From Octopus sinensis (Eukaryota), in the NCBI RefSeq assembly GCF_006345805.1, contig NC_042999.1, positions 4,030,001-4,094,000 of the forward strand: DNA of 64,000 nt, read 5' to 3'. The position numbers and the translations under genes were made by a program. Positions 14,641-27,729 of this stretch are shown here, piece by piece (the first letter of the stretch is position 1; each line of letters opens with the position of its first letter). Under the pieces are notes generated by a model, which saw nothing but the letters and a program-made list of their open reading frames with translations, was not told where the DNA came from and did no database searches.

Positions 14641-17444
14641 AATAAATCTAACCAAGATAAGCTTTTCCTTATACAGATTTCTTAAAAAGAGGAAGTTTCC
14701 CTCTGATTTAAGTTTCCAAAAATGACTTTTTTTGGAAACTGTTAAGTTTCCAAAAATAAATAAACCATGTTGGCAAAAATATCTATGCATCAAATCTTAT
14801 TTAATATTTCCTTAAAATATTTATATGAACTCATAAGTGTATTTCAAAATATTTTCAGGCCTTTGCAATAAAACCTAGTGTTTGTTTTTTTCTTTTGGAA
14901 AGAAATTCCTTGAGGAAATAACATTATTTATTTCAATTTATTTGTTCAGTTAATTATTTCATTACTACATTAATATTCTTATTGTACTTGTAAATAGCTA
15001 GAGTGGTTATGTGAAGCATAAGAAGTGACCCTTGTAAGGGATACGATGATGTTAGCTGTCTTATTCATTAACTTGATGCCATTTAGTTGAGAAGTTTTCT
15101 CCACAGTTTTGATTTCCCAGGTCCATATCCATTGAAGGGCATCTTGAGCAAGTGCTTTATAACAGCCTTAAGTCAACCAAAGTCTTATGATTGAAACTCT
15201 GTGTGTACCTAAAAAGTTTACTTCCCAACTGCCTGATTTGGAGTTCAGTCCCACTGTACAGCATCATAGGCAAGTGTCCTCTACTTTGGGCCAGTCAAAA
15301 TCTGGTGAATGGATTTGGTAGACAGAAAGTGAAAGAAGCCTGTTGTGTATGTGATCATCATATCATCATCATTTAATGTGTTTTTCCCACACTAATATGT
15401 GTTATTGTCTCTTTGTTTTGACATCAAATAGTTGTGAACAAGCATTACCAACATATATGTTTTCAATCTTCCATGAAAAACATGTCTGGACATGGGGAAA
15501 TATTAACTTACTTGGGAACATTTAAAACAGGTGAAAACAGGGAACAACTGAAAACAGACAGGAAGGACATCTCTCCATAAAACATTTGCCTCAATGAGTA
15601 TTTTTCTGGTCCAAACATAAAAAAGTAGACATTAACACAATGATGATGAAGATGATGAATAAAAGATTAGTATTAAAGCAGAGGATTTTAGTAAACATTT
15701 TGAGGTATTATTTTAAAAATAAAAATTAATGCATAGGTAAAGTAATTTATGAAAAGAATTAATGGAAGATATACTATTAAGATGGGAAACCTCTATACAC
15801 AACATATTGTCTGTCCAAGTCTATTAGAAAACTAAATTCTCAACTCTAGTATCGTCTAATCTTAAACAATATAACCATTTTCATCACACGTGCCAGTCCT
15901 CTATTCTACTTTCCTAAAACATAGCTTCTCAATTAGCTGTCATCAAATTAGCTAATTCTCGTCGTGACTTAATTCTCGATATTATAACTGTATCAATCAC
16001 ATCAACTTAACCAATCTCATCATTTTAGATAATTCACATATTTTTAATCGCTTGAGACATCACATCAAATGATTAGTTCTCAATCTGCTCACTGATTAAT
16101 TCCTATCGCAAAAGTCTAATTGATATCATTTTCGTTAATTTTTGTCAATTTTGCTTGCCATGTTCATGTAATTTCAGCTGTCTATTTCACATCTCTTTGA
16201 ATAACTAAGTGATTTTTTATTTTATTTAATTTTTATTTTTTGAAATAATGTTGTCCATTTTAAGATAGCTGACTAATTTGCATCATTTTAACTGTTTACT
16301 TTTCATGTAATTAACATATATTAACTTTTTTTTTTTAGTTTATAGTTTCAATTGCCTAACCATGCAATACTTTAGTAGTCTCGCCATCTTTTTTTCCTCT
16401 CTACCCTTTCCTGTCTACAATGTGCTAAGATGAAGGCTAAGCATGAAATTATTCTTGCAGAAGAAAAGTTTCAGAATCAATATTTTTTCTATTTTTCTTT
16501 CTTTTTTCTTTATTCTTGAAACCCATCTCATCATGGCTAACGTGCTACTGTCTATGTAATCAGCTGTAATGTATTTAGTGAAAATAACACTGTAGTTTTG
16601 ATTAATTTTCTCCCAACATCTTTCATTCTTTGGAAATATAATACTTTAAATCCTATAGTTTTTGAAAATGTCATTATCAAATTCTTATGTACATCTTGAA
16701 GAATTACACAATATCATTTTTATTGTGGCTTATTGAAGACTATATGAAAATAATTAAAGCTCAAGTTTTTAATTTTAAAAAATATATATACTTTCCATTT
16801 TATTATTTTATGACCTGTTTTAAGAGAATATATTATCAAAATTAAATCAATACATTATTTGACTATTATCATAACCATAAGTATAAAGAAAGATGTAATT
16901 TTTTTTTTAATTCTGTATTTCGTATAATGAAATCTTAATTCATAATTTATACAAAACTAAAACAACTTCAAAGCAAAGCAGTTTTCAACTTTAAATGAGG
17001 AAATGTAATAGTGTTCTTGTAGCTATTTTATGCTAAAAGTAGCTGAGACTGCTCACACTTCATTTACATATTAAGCAGGTGTTTGTGTTCTATTCATTTT
17101 GTGCAATTAAAATGATGTCTGCAAAATTTCTGCTGGAAGCAACTTTTTGTCTAAACATAAAATGTGGTAGTGATACTAGCAGAAGTTAGGTTGTGAATAT
17201 TCCAGAATTCATAACTCTAGGTACTGTAGTGAATCCATGATTAAGATGATAGAGACAAAGCTAACAGGCACTATAATATGACCTTAAGCAAGACACTTGC
17301 TTTCTTTGCTTTTCACAAAAATTAAGGAATTATTGAAGAATAACAACAACCAAGTTTAATAGAATAGGTCATCCGTTTCTTAGATTAGTAAAAAAATTTT
17401 AACTAAACTCAAAAATGGTTTGTTCTCAAAATTAATATCAGTAC

Positions 17445-17870
17445 AGTATAGGTGTGTGGGTTAGCAGTTTGCTTCCCAACCATATGGTTTTAGGTTCAGT
17501 CCTTCTGCATAACACTTTGGACAAGTGTCTTCTACTACAGCCCCAAGCCAACCAAATAGGATTTGGTAGATGGAAACTGGAAGAACCTCCCGTGTGTGTA
17601 TGTGTTAAATTATCTTGGCATCACATGATAGATGTAAAAATTAGTGCCATTGTCATTACAAGCAGTGTCATTCATTTCCAGTATTCTGCAAAAGCAGAAT
17701 ATTTCCAAGGGGAAATATTAATTTTCTTGAAAACAGGTGAGGATTGGTGTCAGGAAGAGCATCTGGCTGTTGAAAATCAGCCTTGGTGAATTCTATCTGA
17801 CCCATGCAAGCATGAAAAAGTAGATGTTATAATGACAATGACAACAACAATGACAATGATGCTGATGTTC
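17445..17870 (+). mobile_element. SINE with family B head and family A-like tail (family C); related copies at about 5215-5640, 15190-15660, 40835-41330 and 45325-45680
   Basis: B-type head, then aaacaggtgagg..aggaagagcatc..gacccatgcaagcatg and a GAT/GAC-type tail. Confidence 0.65.
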
Positions 17871-18704
17871 ATTTTTTTGTTTTGTTATTATTTTCAAGTG
17901 TTTTATATTCACATTTACTGAAAATTAAATTTTTTTTTTTAATTTATAGCATAGTTATGAATAAAATATATTTCCTATAAATTTCTCCTTCACATTATAC
18001 ACATTACATTGGCATATATAAAGAGAGAAACATATGTTTGAAGTCAATTATAAAGGAAGTGCTGTCTAAAAATACTCTTTTTAAATATTGCATTTTTAAA
18101 AACAGTAATAAACACATCTGCGAATGTTACCCAATTCTAACCTTGAAGCATCTATTTGTCTATGCAAGCACAGATTAAGAAACAAAATAAATTTGATATT
18201 TGTTATTTCTTTTGAGAATTTATTTTACTTCTAAACACTATTCCACTATAGGTAGATCCTATTTTTAACAAGAATGGCTGTAAGAAGAAATGCAATGTTA
18301 CTCGATTAGAAGTACAATGTAATAGCCATGAAGTCGATTCAATTCAGCTGTCTAAACTGCTGTTTAATAGAAACAACGAAGAAATTTACTTTTTATTCCT
18401 CAAATCTTATGTTTATTCTTTTTATAAAGTGCAACTTAATTATTTATATTAAATGTAACTTTATATTGAACTTAAAGAAATAATAAAGATAGCAATAATA
18501 TTACCTACTCTGCTTGTGGTGGCATTTCTGTATCCTTAAGTGCTATGATTTAAACAGTTATAACTATGGAAGAAAATCAAATACATAAATGAAATCTTTA
18601 ATATAATGAAACAAATTCATGTTATGTTTTAAATAAACTTAACTATAGAATGTAATCAAAGAAATAGTCAAAGATTTTTTGACATATTGCAACGGTGTTA
18701 TAAT

Positions 18705-19560
18705 AGCAATAATAATAATAATAACAACAACATTAATAATAATAATAATAATGAACTTATTGTATGCACTCAGGTGCATTACAACTCATCAGAAAAAGTA
18801 ACCAAAACTGCATGAACAGTACATAGAATATGCACAGGAATCAAACAGTTAATAAGTCTACACAAAAAATACACTTAGGCATCAGGTGGATAATCTTGTG
18901 GGTGTCTACGAAGTCAGTTGCCAGATGTCAGAGATTTAATGTGTAAATGCCAAGGGAAGCAAGATGTTCAGAGTATGGTAGATACCCCATGGCAAGCATT
19001 CACTGGGCACATTTCTGAGCAGTTTCCAGGGGATTGATATGCTGAACAAGACAAGGGTTCCAGACTGGTGATGCAAACTCTAAGTATGGACATACCATAG
19101 TCATATACAGCTTTAAATAGTTTAGTAGTTTTGACTTTTAAGTCCCTCCTAGCGTGAGGCATTTATGTGTAATAATGCCCTCTATAAAATAAAAATGAAT
19201 ACATTTAAAAGAAAATAATTGATGGATTTTTTTCTCTTATGAGGTTTTACATGCTAACTACTTGATAAATTCTTATACAGATTTTATCCTATTTTTAAAT
19301 TACAGCTTTAAATAGATAGCTAGAGAGCGACTGATAAAAGTCTTACAAAGTGATGCTAAAACACCTTCAGCCTTCTTGACAATCTTAGAGATGTGGTTTG
19401 TCCAATGCAGATTGCTGCATTGTCTAGAAACTAGACATTTAATCTGGTGATTATCTGAATTTTTCACTACGTATGCTCCGTATATCACAACTAGTAATCC
19501 TGCTAAGTATACTGGTCAACTAACCATTATACTGAAAACTGATTAGATAATGATAATCTA
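18705..19560 (-). mobile_element. CR1-like LINE 3' end with (TTA)n-type tail, interrupted by a 180-bp insert
   Basis: Minus-strand HWTNHISKIVKKAEGVL and YLKLYMTMVCPYLEFASPVWNP..QHINPLETAQK (CR1 RT C-terminus); (AAT)n at about 18705-18750. Confidence 0.75.
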
Positions 19561-20261
19561 GGTGGAGCTCTATCTCATACAGTTGTAGCCACACATCTAA
19601 CTGTACACACAAGATATACACACACACATACAAACAGTTTCTCTCTACTAAGATTTCACTGAAAAGTTCAACCTAAGATTTTAGTAGTAGACACTTTATC
19701 CAAGATGGCGCATAATGGGATGAAGCCAGAGACCATATGCTTGCAAAACAAACTTCTTAAACTCACACACATGCACACACACGCACATATAAAATTTGAA
19801 AATATTTTCATTTTCGTTTTAAATGTTTTAGTGAAAAAGTCTTTATTCTATAGCAGCAACTATGTAATAGTCTTTCCTGAGACTCTGTGTGTGTGTGTGT
19901 GTGTGTGTGTTCTAAATATACATGTATATTCTAAAATTTTACTATACGAATACAAGTTGTTTGTGTTAGCAGGAGTTCTTTTTTTAAAAATAATCTAATC
20001 ATTTTCCATTTGTGTTCATTGACTTAAGCACTTATATTTTCATTCTCAAAGTAATTTTGTCTAAATAACTAAGTCTGCTATAAAAAAACAAAAAAAAACA
20101 AATTATTCTTTCTGGTAGTCTTTAAAAATAATTTTACATTTCAATTTTTAACTTGCTCCTGGCAAATGTGTTGCAAAAAAATATTAGTCAGCATTTATGT
20201 TTACTAATCTAAATCAGACATTCCAAGGTTATTTTAAATATAAACATTTCTGCATCTCCAG

Positions 20262-20279
20262 AACACCTCGGAAAAACAA
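20262..20279 (+). CDS. Candidate 18-nt microexon
   Basis: catttctgcatctccag|AACACCTCGGAAAAACAA|gtaatt; frame-preserving length, internal CpG. Confidence 0.3.
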
Positions 20280-21054
20280 GTAATTCTTTTGAAAACTAAA
20301 TTGTAACTTAATTTTACATATCAACAATATTTATGCTGAACTCATTTTTGTTTGTCCATCTGTTTTACACCCATCTTTACATTCTGGCATGGGTTAGATG
20401 AGTATATAGTATTGAAGCAGCGTTGTTTTACAGCTTGATACCCTTCTTATTGCTAATTTCTAATCTATGTTTTATTTATAATTCACTTGTCTTCAAAAGT
20501 GCAAAGCCAGCAGATAAAATATTGGTAGGGAATGTCTGCAAACTTCACTGTTTGTAACTCAGCACTTTTTTGTGTCAAATGCAAAACATAAGCATTCACA
20601 TATGCACTAACAGTAACACACATATACACATGCATATAGAGCTAGATAGATAGACAGATAGGTGAATGTATAGACAGGTATATGATGGCCTTTGTAGTTT
20701 CTATCTACAACATACATTCACAAGGCATTGTCTTGAAGCAACTTGTGTATCTTTTACAAGATACCTAAGTTGCAACATAGTGGAACTGAACCTATAACTA
20801 TGAGTTTGAGAAGTGAACTTCTTGACCATACAGCTATTCCAGCACCAGTATTATGAATATGTAGTTATACTGTACTTTCTGACCCACAAATCCACTTAAA
20901 ATTATATGTCTACCCTAGATTATTTTTTAATATTTCATTCAATAAAAGCAGTAGAATTTTTGTTTTGTTTCACTGCTATCACCTTAGCATAACATTAAAT
21001 TTACATCTGAAGTTTGGCATTATTGAAGTAATGCTATTAATTTGGACAAATATC

Positions 21055-21136
21055 TGACTGGCCTGGTGCAGCCTTCGGGCTCCCCAGACCCCAGTTGAAC
21101 CGTCCAACCCATGCTAGCATGGAAAGCGGACGTTAA

Positions 21137-21168
<32 letters not shown>
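21055..21168 (+). mobile_element. Family A copy, 5'-truncated
   Basis: ccgtccaacccatgctagcatggaaagcggacgttaaa followed by (TGA)n. Confidence 0.8.
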
Positions 21169-21171
21169 ACT

Positions 21172-21364
21172 CTTTTTACTCTTTTACTCTTTTACTTGTT
21201 TCAGTCATTTTGACTGTGGCCATGCTGGAGCACCGCCTTTAGACGAGCAAATCGACCCTGGGACTTATTCTTTTTTTAAGTCTCTTTTGCCGAACCGCTA
21301 AGTGACGGGGACGTAAACACACCAGCATCGGTTGTCAAGCCAAGGGACACACAAACATATACAT

Positions 21365-21396
<32 letters not shown>

Positions 21397-21565
21397 ATAT
21401 ATACGACAGGCTTCTTTCAGTTTCTGTCTACCAAATCCACTCACAAGGCTTTGGTCGGCCCGAGGCTATAGCAGAAGACACTTGCCCGAGATTCCATGCA
21501 GTGGGACTGATCCCGGAACCATGTGGTTGGTTAGCAAGCTACTTACCACACAGCCACTCCTGCGC
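21172..21565 (-). mobile_element. Family B SINE
   Basis: Young copy with (ctctttta)n tail abutting a family A tail. Confidence 0.85.
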
Positions 21566-22176
21566 CTATACACATCTGTATAATCTATATATAGTCTAAT
21601 ATTTCAATTGTGATGATTTTCAAGCATCTTCAGCTTCCTCTACTATATATGCAAGATCACAGTTTTCTTTTGTAGAAAACAGATGATATTGGACTAAGCA
21701 AGAGACACGAGGATACGCATGGGATAAAGAGTTGTTGAAGAGGTCACAGGATGTATGACAAAAGAGCTTTGACAAAGAAATTAAAACAATAATAATAAAG
21801 CTGAAGTGAAGACCAAATATAATTGGCAAAATATGACCATCCCCAAGTAAAACAATATCTATTTCAAGAATCGCGCAAAACAAATACATGAACATAATAA
21901 GATAATATTTTAATTTTTACTTATACTTTTATCCTATTGTTACCTATGGGAGTAAATATTAATTTCATACTATCTTATCTGATAATGTTTGGCATGGATA
22001 TAAGTTATTTTAATCATTATACATATATGTGTGCAAAATGACTTTGTGTAGGTTATATATATCTATAAGTTGTCTAATAAGCTTTTATAAGTCAGAGAAA
22101 ACAGGCACTTCTTGTGCATTAAGCAACAGAGTGAATATATGATTTATACAAAATTATAATTTTAGTTTCATTCCAG

Positions 22177-22230
22177 CCTATTTATGTTACTAGGCAATTC
22201 AGTGGTGAACAGCCTTTCAATTGTGGAAAG
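22177..22230 (+). CDS. Candidate 54-nt exon (PIYVTRQFSGEQPFNCGK)
   Basis: tttagtttcattccag acceptor, consensus donor AAG|gtaagt, open phase 0-0, protein-like composition. Product not identified. Confidence 0.5.
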
Positions 22231-22559
22231 GTAAGTTAACAGTCATTAGACATCACTAACTCTCCACAATTACTTCTGCAGGAAACCATTCAGTAACATA
22301 AAGTAGCTGTTATGAGGCTAAATTTTTAATATATAAATACATATATCTCTATCCATCCATATATGCATACATACATACATACATACTCAAAGCAACAAGT
22401 TGCATATTTGGTGTGGAAGACTATTTATCACAAATACAATGAATATTATCTCCAACTTTGAAGCCACAACTATCAGCCCTTTTAAACAACTGGTTAATCT
22501 TCAGATAAATTAACCGAAGGAGCTTTTTATTCAAGACCATAATGATTTTCATCTGAAAC

Positions 22560-24000
22560 TTGAATTTACTGTGCAGAAAGTTACTATAAACAACAAGGCT
22601 GGACACGACATCAACAACACAACCAAGGAACAGGATGAAAACAGCAGCTCAACAAGTAAAGAGACTCCTTCTAGCTGTAGTTATAGAAGAAACTGTAACT
22701 ACAAAACACATTTCTCTTGGATTTATGGATTGAATACTGATTTACTTAACTGTTATAAAAGAGCAAAACAAAACCCCAATGTTGGATATATGAACAGACT
22801 GAAATCATACTGAACTAAATCATTTTACTCAGAACTAAATCATTTTTTCTGTGAAACAATTATGTCAACAAGCAAAATTTATGGAACATAGGAAGAAAGT
22901 TAGTGAATGTAACTTTAAAAAAAAATAAGGATTTGAAATTAACTTTCTTCCAAACAACATAAAGAAAAATGTTAGATGTTAGACCACCATGTGTTTTTGC
23001 AGTTAGTGACATTCCAACAGATGCTATACTGCCTACCAGCTAAACTACATTACTAGCTAAAACAGCTGACCATCATACCTTTACTATGATTATGGTAAAT
23101 AGCAGACACAACAGCAATGATCATTGTAGTAGTTATCAGGGTGATATTTTGATGAAATATGTCCTTAGAAATAGTAGCATATCACACTGGTTAGCTCTGG
23201 CAGAGACAAAAAAGATCTTCAAAAGCAGAACCACCCACATAGAAAATAATTACCGGCCAATAGCATGCCAGAACTTAATGTATAAAATGTATACAGCAGG
23301 CTTAAACCTTTTTCTCCACAACCATTGTGAAATTAATAACATCATTACAACAGAACAAACAGCTGGGAAGAAGGGAGCCTGAGGATGTCCTGAGCAATTG
23401 TTAATAAACAAAACCATAATCTCAGAGGTGTGGGAGCATAGGAGGAACCTAGTTTCAATGTGGCTAGACTACAAGGAAGTCTTTGACTCTGTCCCCCATT
23501 CATGGATGCTAGAAGTCCTTCAACTTGCTAAAGTTCCAGTGAGCATAGTCAAAGCCATAGCTGACCTGACTTCATCATAGACCACTATCTTGAAGTTAAA
23601 TCCAAGGAGTGATTGTGCTGTCACTGATTGAATACAGTATCACAAAGGTGTATTCCAAGAAAGCAGCCTCTCTGTAAGGTAGTTTATACTTTCTGTAAAC
23701 CCCTTGTCATTCATGTTAAGGAAGTCTGAACACTATGTCACTGGTTCCCAAGGAAACAAATACCAGAATTACACATTGTTTCTTTGTGGATGACTTGAAA
23801 CTGTATGCAGAGAATATGTCTGAGATGAAGAAGAGCCTTGACCTAGTTACAACATTCTCAAAAGATATAGGCTTGGTGTTTGGTCAGGATAAATGTTGTT
23901 ATATAGTTGTGAAAAGAGGGAAAACTGTAAACCAGACTAGCAGCATCTTGATCAGTGACTTAACTGTTTGCCCTATATCTAATGGATGAAAATATATCTT
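22560..24000 (+). mobile_element. Decayed R4/Dong-clade non-LTR retrotransposon (RT region)
   Basis: Fragmented ORFs carry NYRPIAC..YK.YT, EQ.AGKKG, WLDYK..FDSVPHSW, H.FFVDDLKLY and DIGLVFG.DKC, RT motifs typical of R4/Dong; multiple stops and frameshifts. Confidence 0.8.
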
Positions 24001-24139
24001 ACAATGGCACCCGTAACAAGACACATATCACTAAAGAATATTACAGCTGAATAAAACAAAATAAAACTGAATAATGGCATACATACATGTACGCACACAC
24101 ACACACACACACATTTATATTTATATTGTAGACAGCAGT

Positions 24140-24520
24140 ATGATACATAATGCAATTAAAGATATGAAAGCAAAGAAAGCTTATGGTCCTTGAGGAATTA
24201 CAGCTGAGATGCTTAAAATATCTGGCAGAGTAAAATACAACTTAGTCTTTTGTACAGTTAAACGTGTTGCACGGGAAGGTGATACACTCAATGGTGTAAA
24301 AGTATTATTGTTGTCTGTTATAAGAGCAAAGAAGAGCAAAGAAGATGCCTTAGATAGAAGTAATTATAAAGGTTTCACATTGCTGAACCAGATAATGAAA
24401 GTTGCAGAGGAATATAACCCAGTTAATTAGTAACAGAATTAGGTTAAATGAGATGCAGCTCGGTTTTGTGCCAGGGAGGACTATCACTGATGCCATCTTC
24501 TTAGTAAGACAGCTGCAACC
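24140..24520 (+). mobile_element. RTE-clade LINE RT fragment
   Basis: AIKDMKAKKAYGP*GITAEMLK, DALDRSNY.G..LL, EMQLGFVPGR..TDAIFLVRQLQ. Confidence 0.75.
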
Positions 24521-24714
24521 CTCTGTTACCCTTCCATAACAATTTTACAAAATAACCATTCCTTCATTCCCATCTGCATCCACTGCAGTAGGACTGAATC
24601 TGAAACCACATGGTCTGGAAGCATAAAATAGTCCAGGAAAATAGTTTTATAAAATGTAAATGTCTAAAAACTAAATTTTCACTTTAGTGATTGACCAACT
24701 TGTAAAATCATTTA

Positions 24715-25141
24715 TTTTTTACTTGTTTCAGTCATTAGTCTGTAGCCATGCTGGGGCACTGCCTTGAAGAATTCTTAGTCAAATGAATCAACACTAGTAC
24801 TTTTTTAAACCTAGTACTTATTCTATCAGTCTCTTTAGATGAACTGATGAATTATAGGGCCATAAACACACCATCACTGGTTACCAAGCAGTGGGGGTTG
24901 GGAACACAAAAACAAAGACATACATGCAAATATATATATATTTTTTTTACTTGTTTCAGTCATTTGACTGCGGCCATGCTGGAGCACCGTCTTTAGTCGA
25001 GCAAATCGACCCCGGGACTTATTCTTTGTAAGCCCAGTATTTATTCTATCGGTCTCTTTTGCCAAACCGCTAAGTGACGGGACGTAAACACACCAGCATC
25101 GGTTATCAAGCAATGCTAGGGGGACAAACACAGACACACAA

Positions 25142-25179
<38 letters not shown>

Positions 25180-25500
25180 ATATATACGACAGGCTTCTTT
25201 CAGTTTCCATCTACCAAATCTACTCACAAGGATTTGGTCAGCCCGGGGCTATAGCAGAAGACACTTGCCCAAGATGCCACGCAGTGGGACTGAACCCGGA
25301 ACCATGTGGTTGGTTAGCAAGCTACTTACCACACAGCCACTCCTGCCCATATATGGGCTTCTTCCAGCTTCCATCTAGAAAATCCACTCACAAGGCTTTG
25401 GTCAGTCCAAAACTATGACACTTGCCCAAGGTGCCATGCAATCAGACTGAACCTGAAACCATGTGGTTAGGAAGCAAGCTTCTTACCACACAGCCAAGCC
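24715..25500 (-). mobile_element. Cluster of family B SINEs (3' half, full copy 24941-25350, 5' half)
   Basis: Repeated ttttacttgtttcagtcatt ends and ttaccacacagcca heads. Confidence 0.8.
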
Positions 25501-26029
25501 TGTACCTTTTCTTTTTTACTTTGTTAAAAGTAAAAAAAAAAAAAAAAAAAAATAGTACTCCTTCTCTGCCTTTCTCTCTTTCTTCCTCCCTCTCTCTTAC
25601 TCTCTCTTTTACTCTCTCTCTCTCTCTCTTCTTCTTCTCACTCTGATTACTATGTGCAATTGATTTTATTCAGTGTTGTTAAATCTGTGGCTGATTGTCT
25701 TGCATGTTTCTACTCATTGAATGTGCATAAATATATAAACAATTATAGCTGAGTGGGCAATTGCGGTAATAACATCACTGGCAAATTGTATTAGGGAGAT
25801 CACTGGAAACAGCAGATAGAAGATAATTCTGCTCTAGTGGACTACAAAAAAAAAAGAGAAATTCCTTAAGGAATGCATGCAGGGTAGGAATTTGATAACA
25901 ATCTTACATGTGCTATTTGATGCAAATAAGTTATTCATTCAGTTATTTGGTAGCTAACACAGTTGAACTGTTTATACATTATATCTTTTTTTATTCAGTA
26001 ACAGCATTCACACACACTTACATATGTGT

Positions 26030-26038
26030 GTGTGTATC

Positions 26039-26069
<31 letters not shown>

Positions 26070-26141
26070 GCATTATACAAATATATATATATATATTTGT
26101 ATAATGCATGTGTATATATATATATTTGTATAATGCATGTG

Positions 26142-26203
<62 letters not shown>

Positions 26204-26313
26204 AATACATATATTTGTTTATATACATGTGTGTGGATATATATGTAAGTTTATATGTATACATACATGTATATATACAAGTATAACATATATACACATA
26301 CATACATGTATGC

Positions 26314-26348
<35 letters not shown>

Positions 26349-26350
26349 TA
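26030..26350. repeat. (TA)n/(TG)n compound microsatellite with embedded palindrome
   Basis: Directly visible. Confidence 0.9.
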
Positions 26351-27729
26351 TACACTCATTAATACATACACAAGTGCACATGCACATACATACACTGCAA
26401 AATAATTGACCACTACCATAACTTGATTTTGTAGCTTTGTTCATTTGAAAAATTCATGAATTTACTCATCCATGTGTAAAATAGAAGAACATATCTCTTT
26501 GATAGCTGCATTAGTTAATAGACTCAATTTATGGAGGTTATTCAAATATTAGAGTTATTTTGTTTGCATTTTATCCATGTCACTTAACCAATCCATCATC
26601 AGATTTCATGGCTATTTTCATTTGTATGTGTCTAACTAAATCAACCAGCTTAAATCTGATTCCATTTTCCATCCAATTATATCACTGCAGCCAATGTATA
26701 TCTCTTCTAAAGAAAATTTTTCATGCATTGTGAATAATTTTAAATATTGCACAAAAATATAGCTGCTTTTTCATTACATTTATGTGTGTGTGTGTGTATA
26801 TATACATACACACACATAACACTAATAGCTGTTTTTTTAACTAATGCAGTTAGTGGATACTTATACTAATTGTAATTATAGGAATGGCAGACAATCCTGG
26901 CGGACTCTTTGATCCTGGTTCATTTCCTGCTCTTTATATGATTCACTCGGCTAACTCTCATTCCTTCCCTTCCCATCCATTAATTGAGAGCTCTAATAAT
27001 TCTTTCTTCTATAGGCACAAGGCCTGAAATTTTGGGTGGGTGGGTAATTGAATTAGATCAACCCCAATTGTCAACCGATACTTATTTCATCAACCTTGAA
27101 AGGATGAAAGACAAAGCTGACCTTGGCAGAATTTGAACTCAGAATGTAAAGCCAGACAAAATGTTGTTGAGCATTTCATCCAGCGTGCTAACAATCTTGC
27201 CAGTTCACCATCTTATTTTGATTGCTCTAATAATGGTTTCAAATTTTGGCATAAGGACAACAATTTCAGTGGGAGAGGGTAAGTCAATTACATCAATACC
27301 AGTGTTCGACTGGTACTTAATTCATTGACTCTGAAAGCATAAAAGGCAAAGTTGACCTCAGAATGTAAAGACAGACAAAATGCTATTAAGCATTTCACCC
27401 AGCATGCAAATGATTCTGCCAGCTCACCACCTTATCTTAATAATTCATCTCTAATAATGACAGGTCAATCATTGCTGATGTAACTTGGGTCATTATCATG
27501 TTAAGATTTAGCACTTGTCCATCATTCCATTTCTGGAACCTTTTTGAAACATTGTGCTATGATAACCAATTCATCAATACATAAATGTTTTTATATACAT
27601 CCTCTTTTAAACTCTTTTAAACTCAAGTGTTATAATGAAAAGAAAAGACCTGAAGACAGAACTCTGATTCACACTAAATCCCTGCCAGTTCAAAACTTGT
27701 TTGAACTTTACTCCTGAGTTATTTGTACA

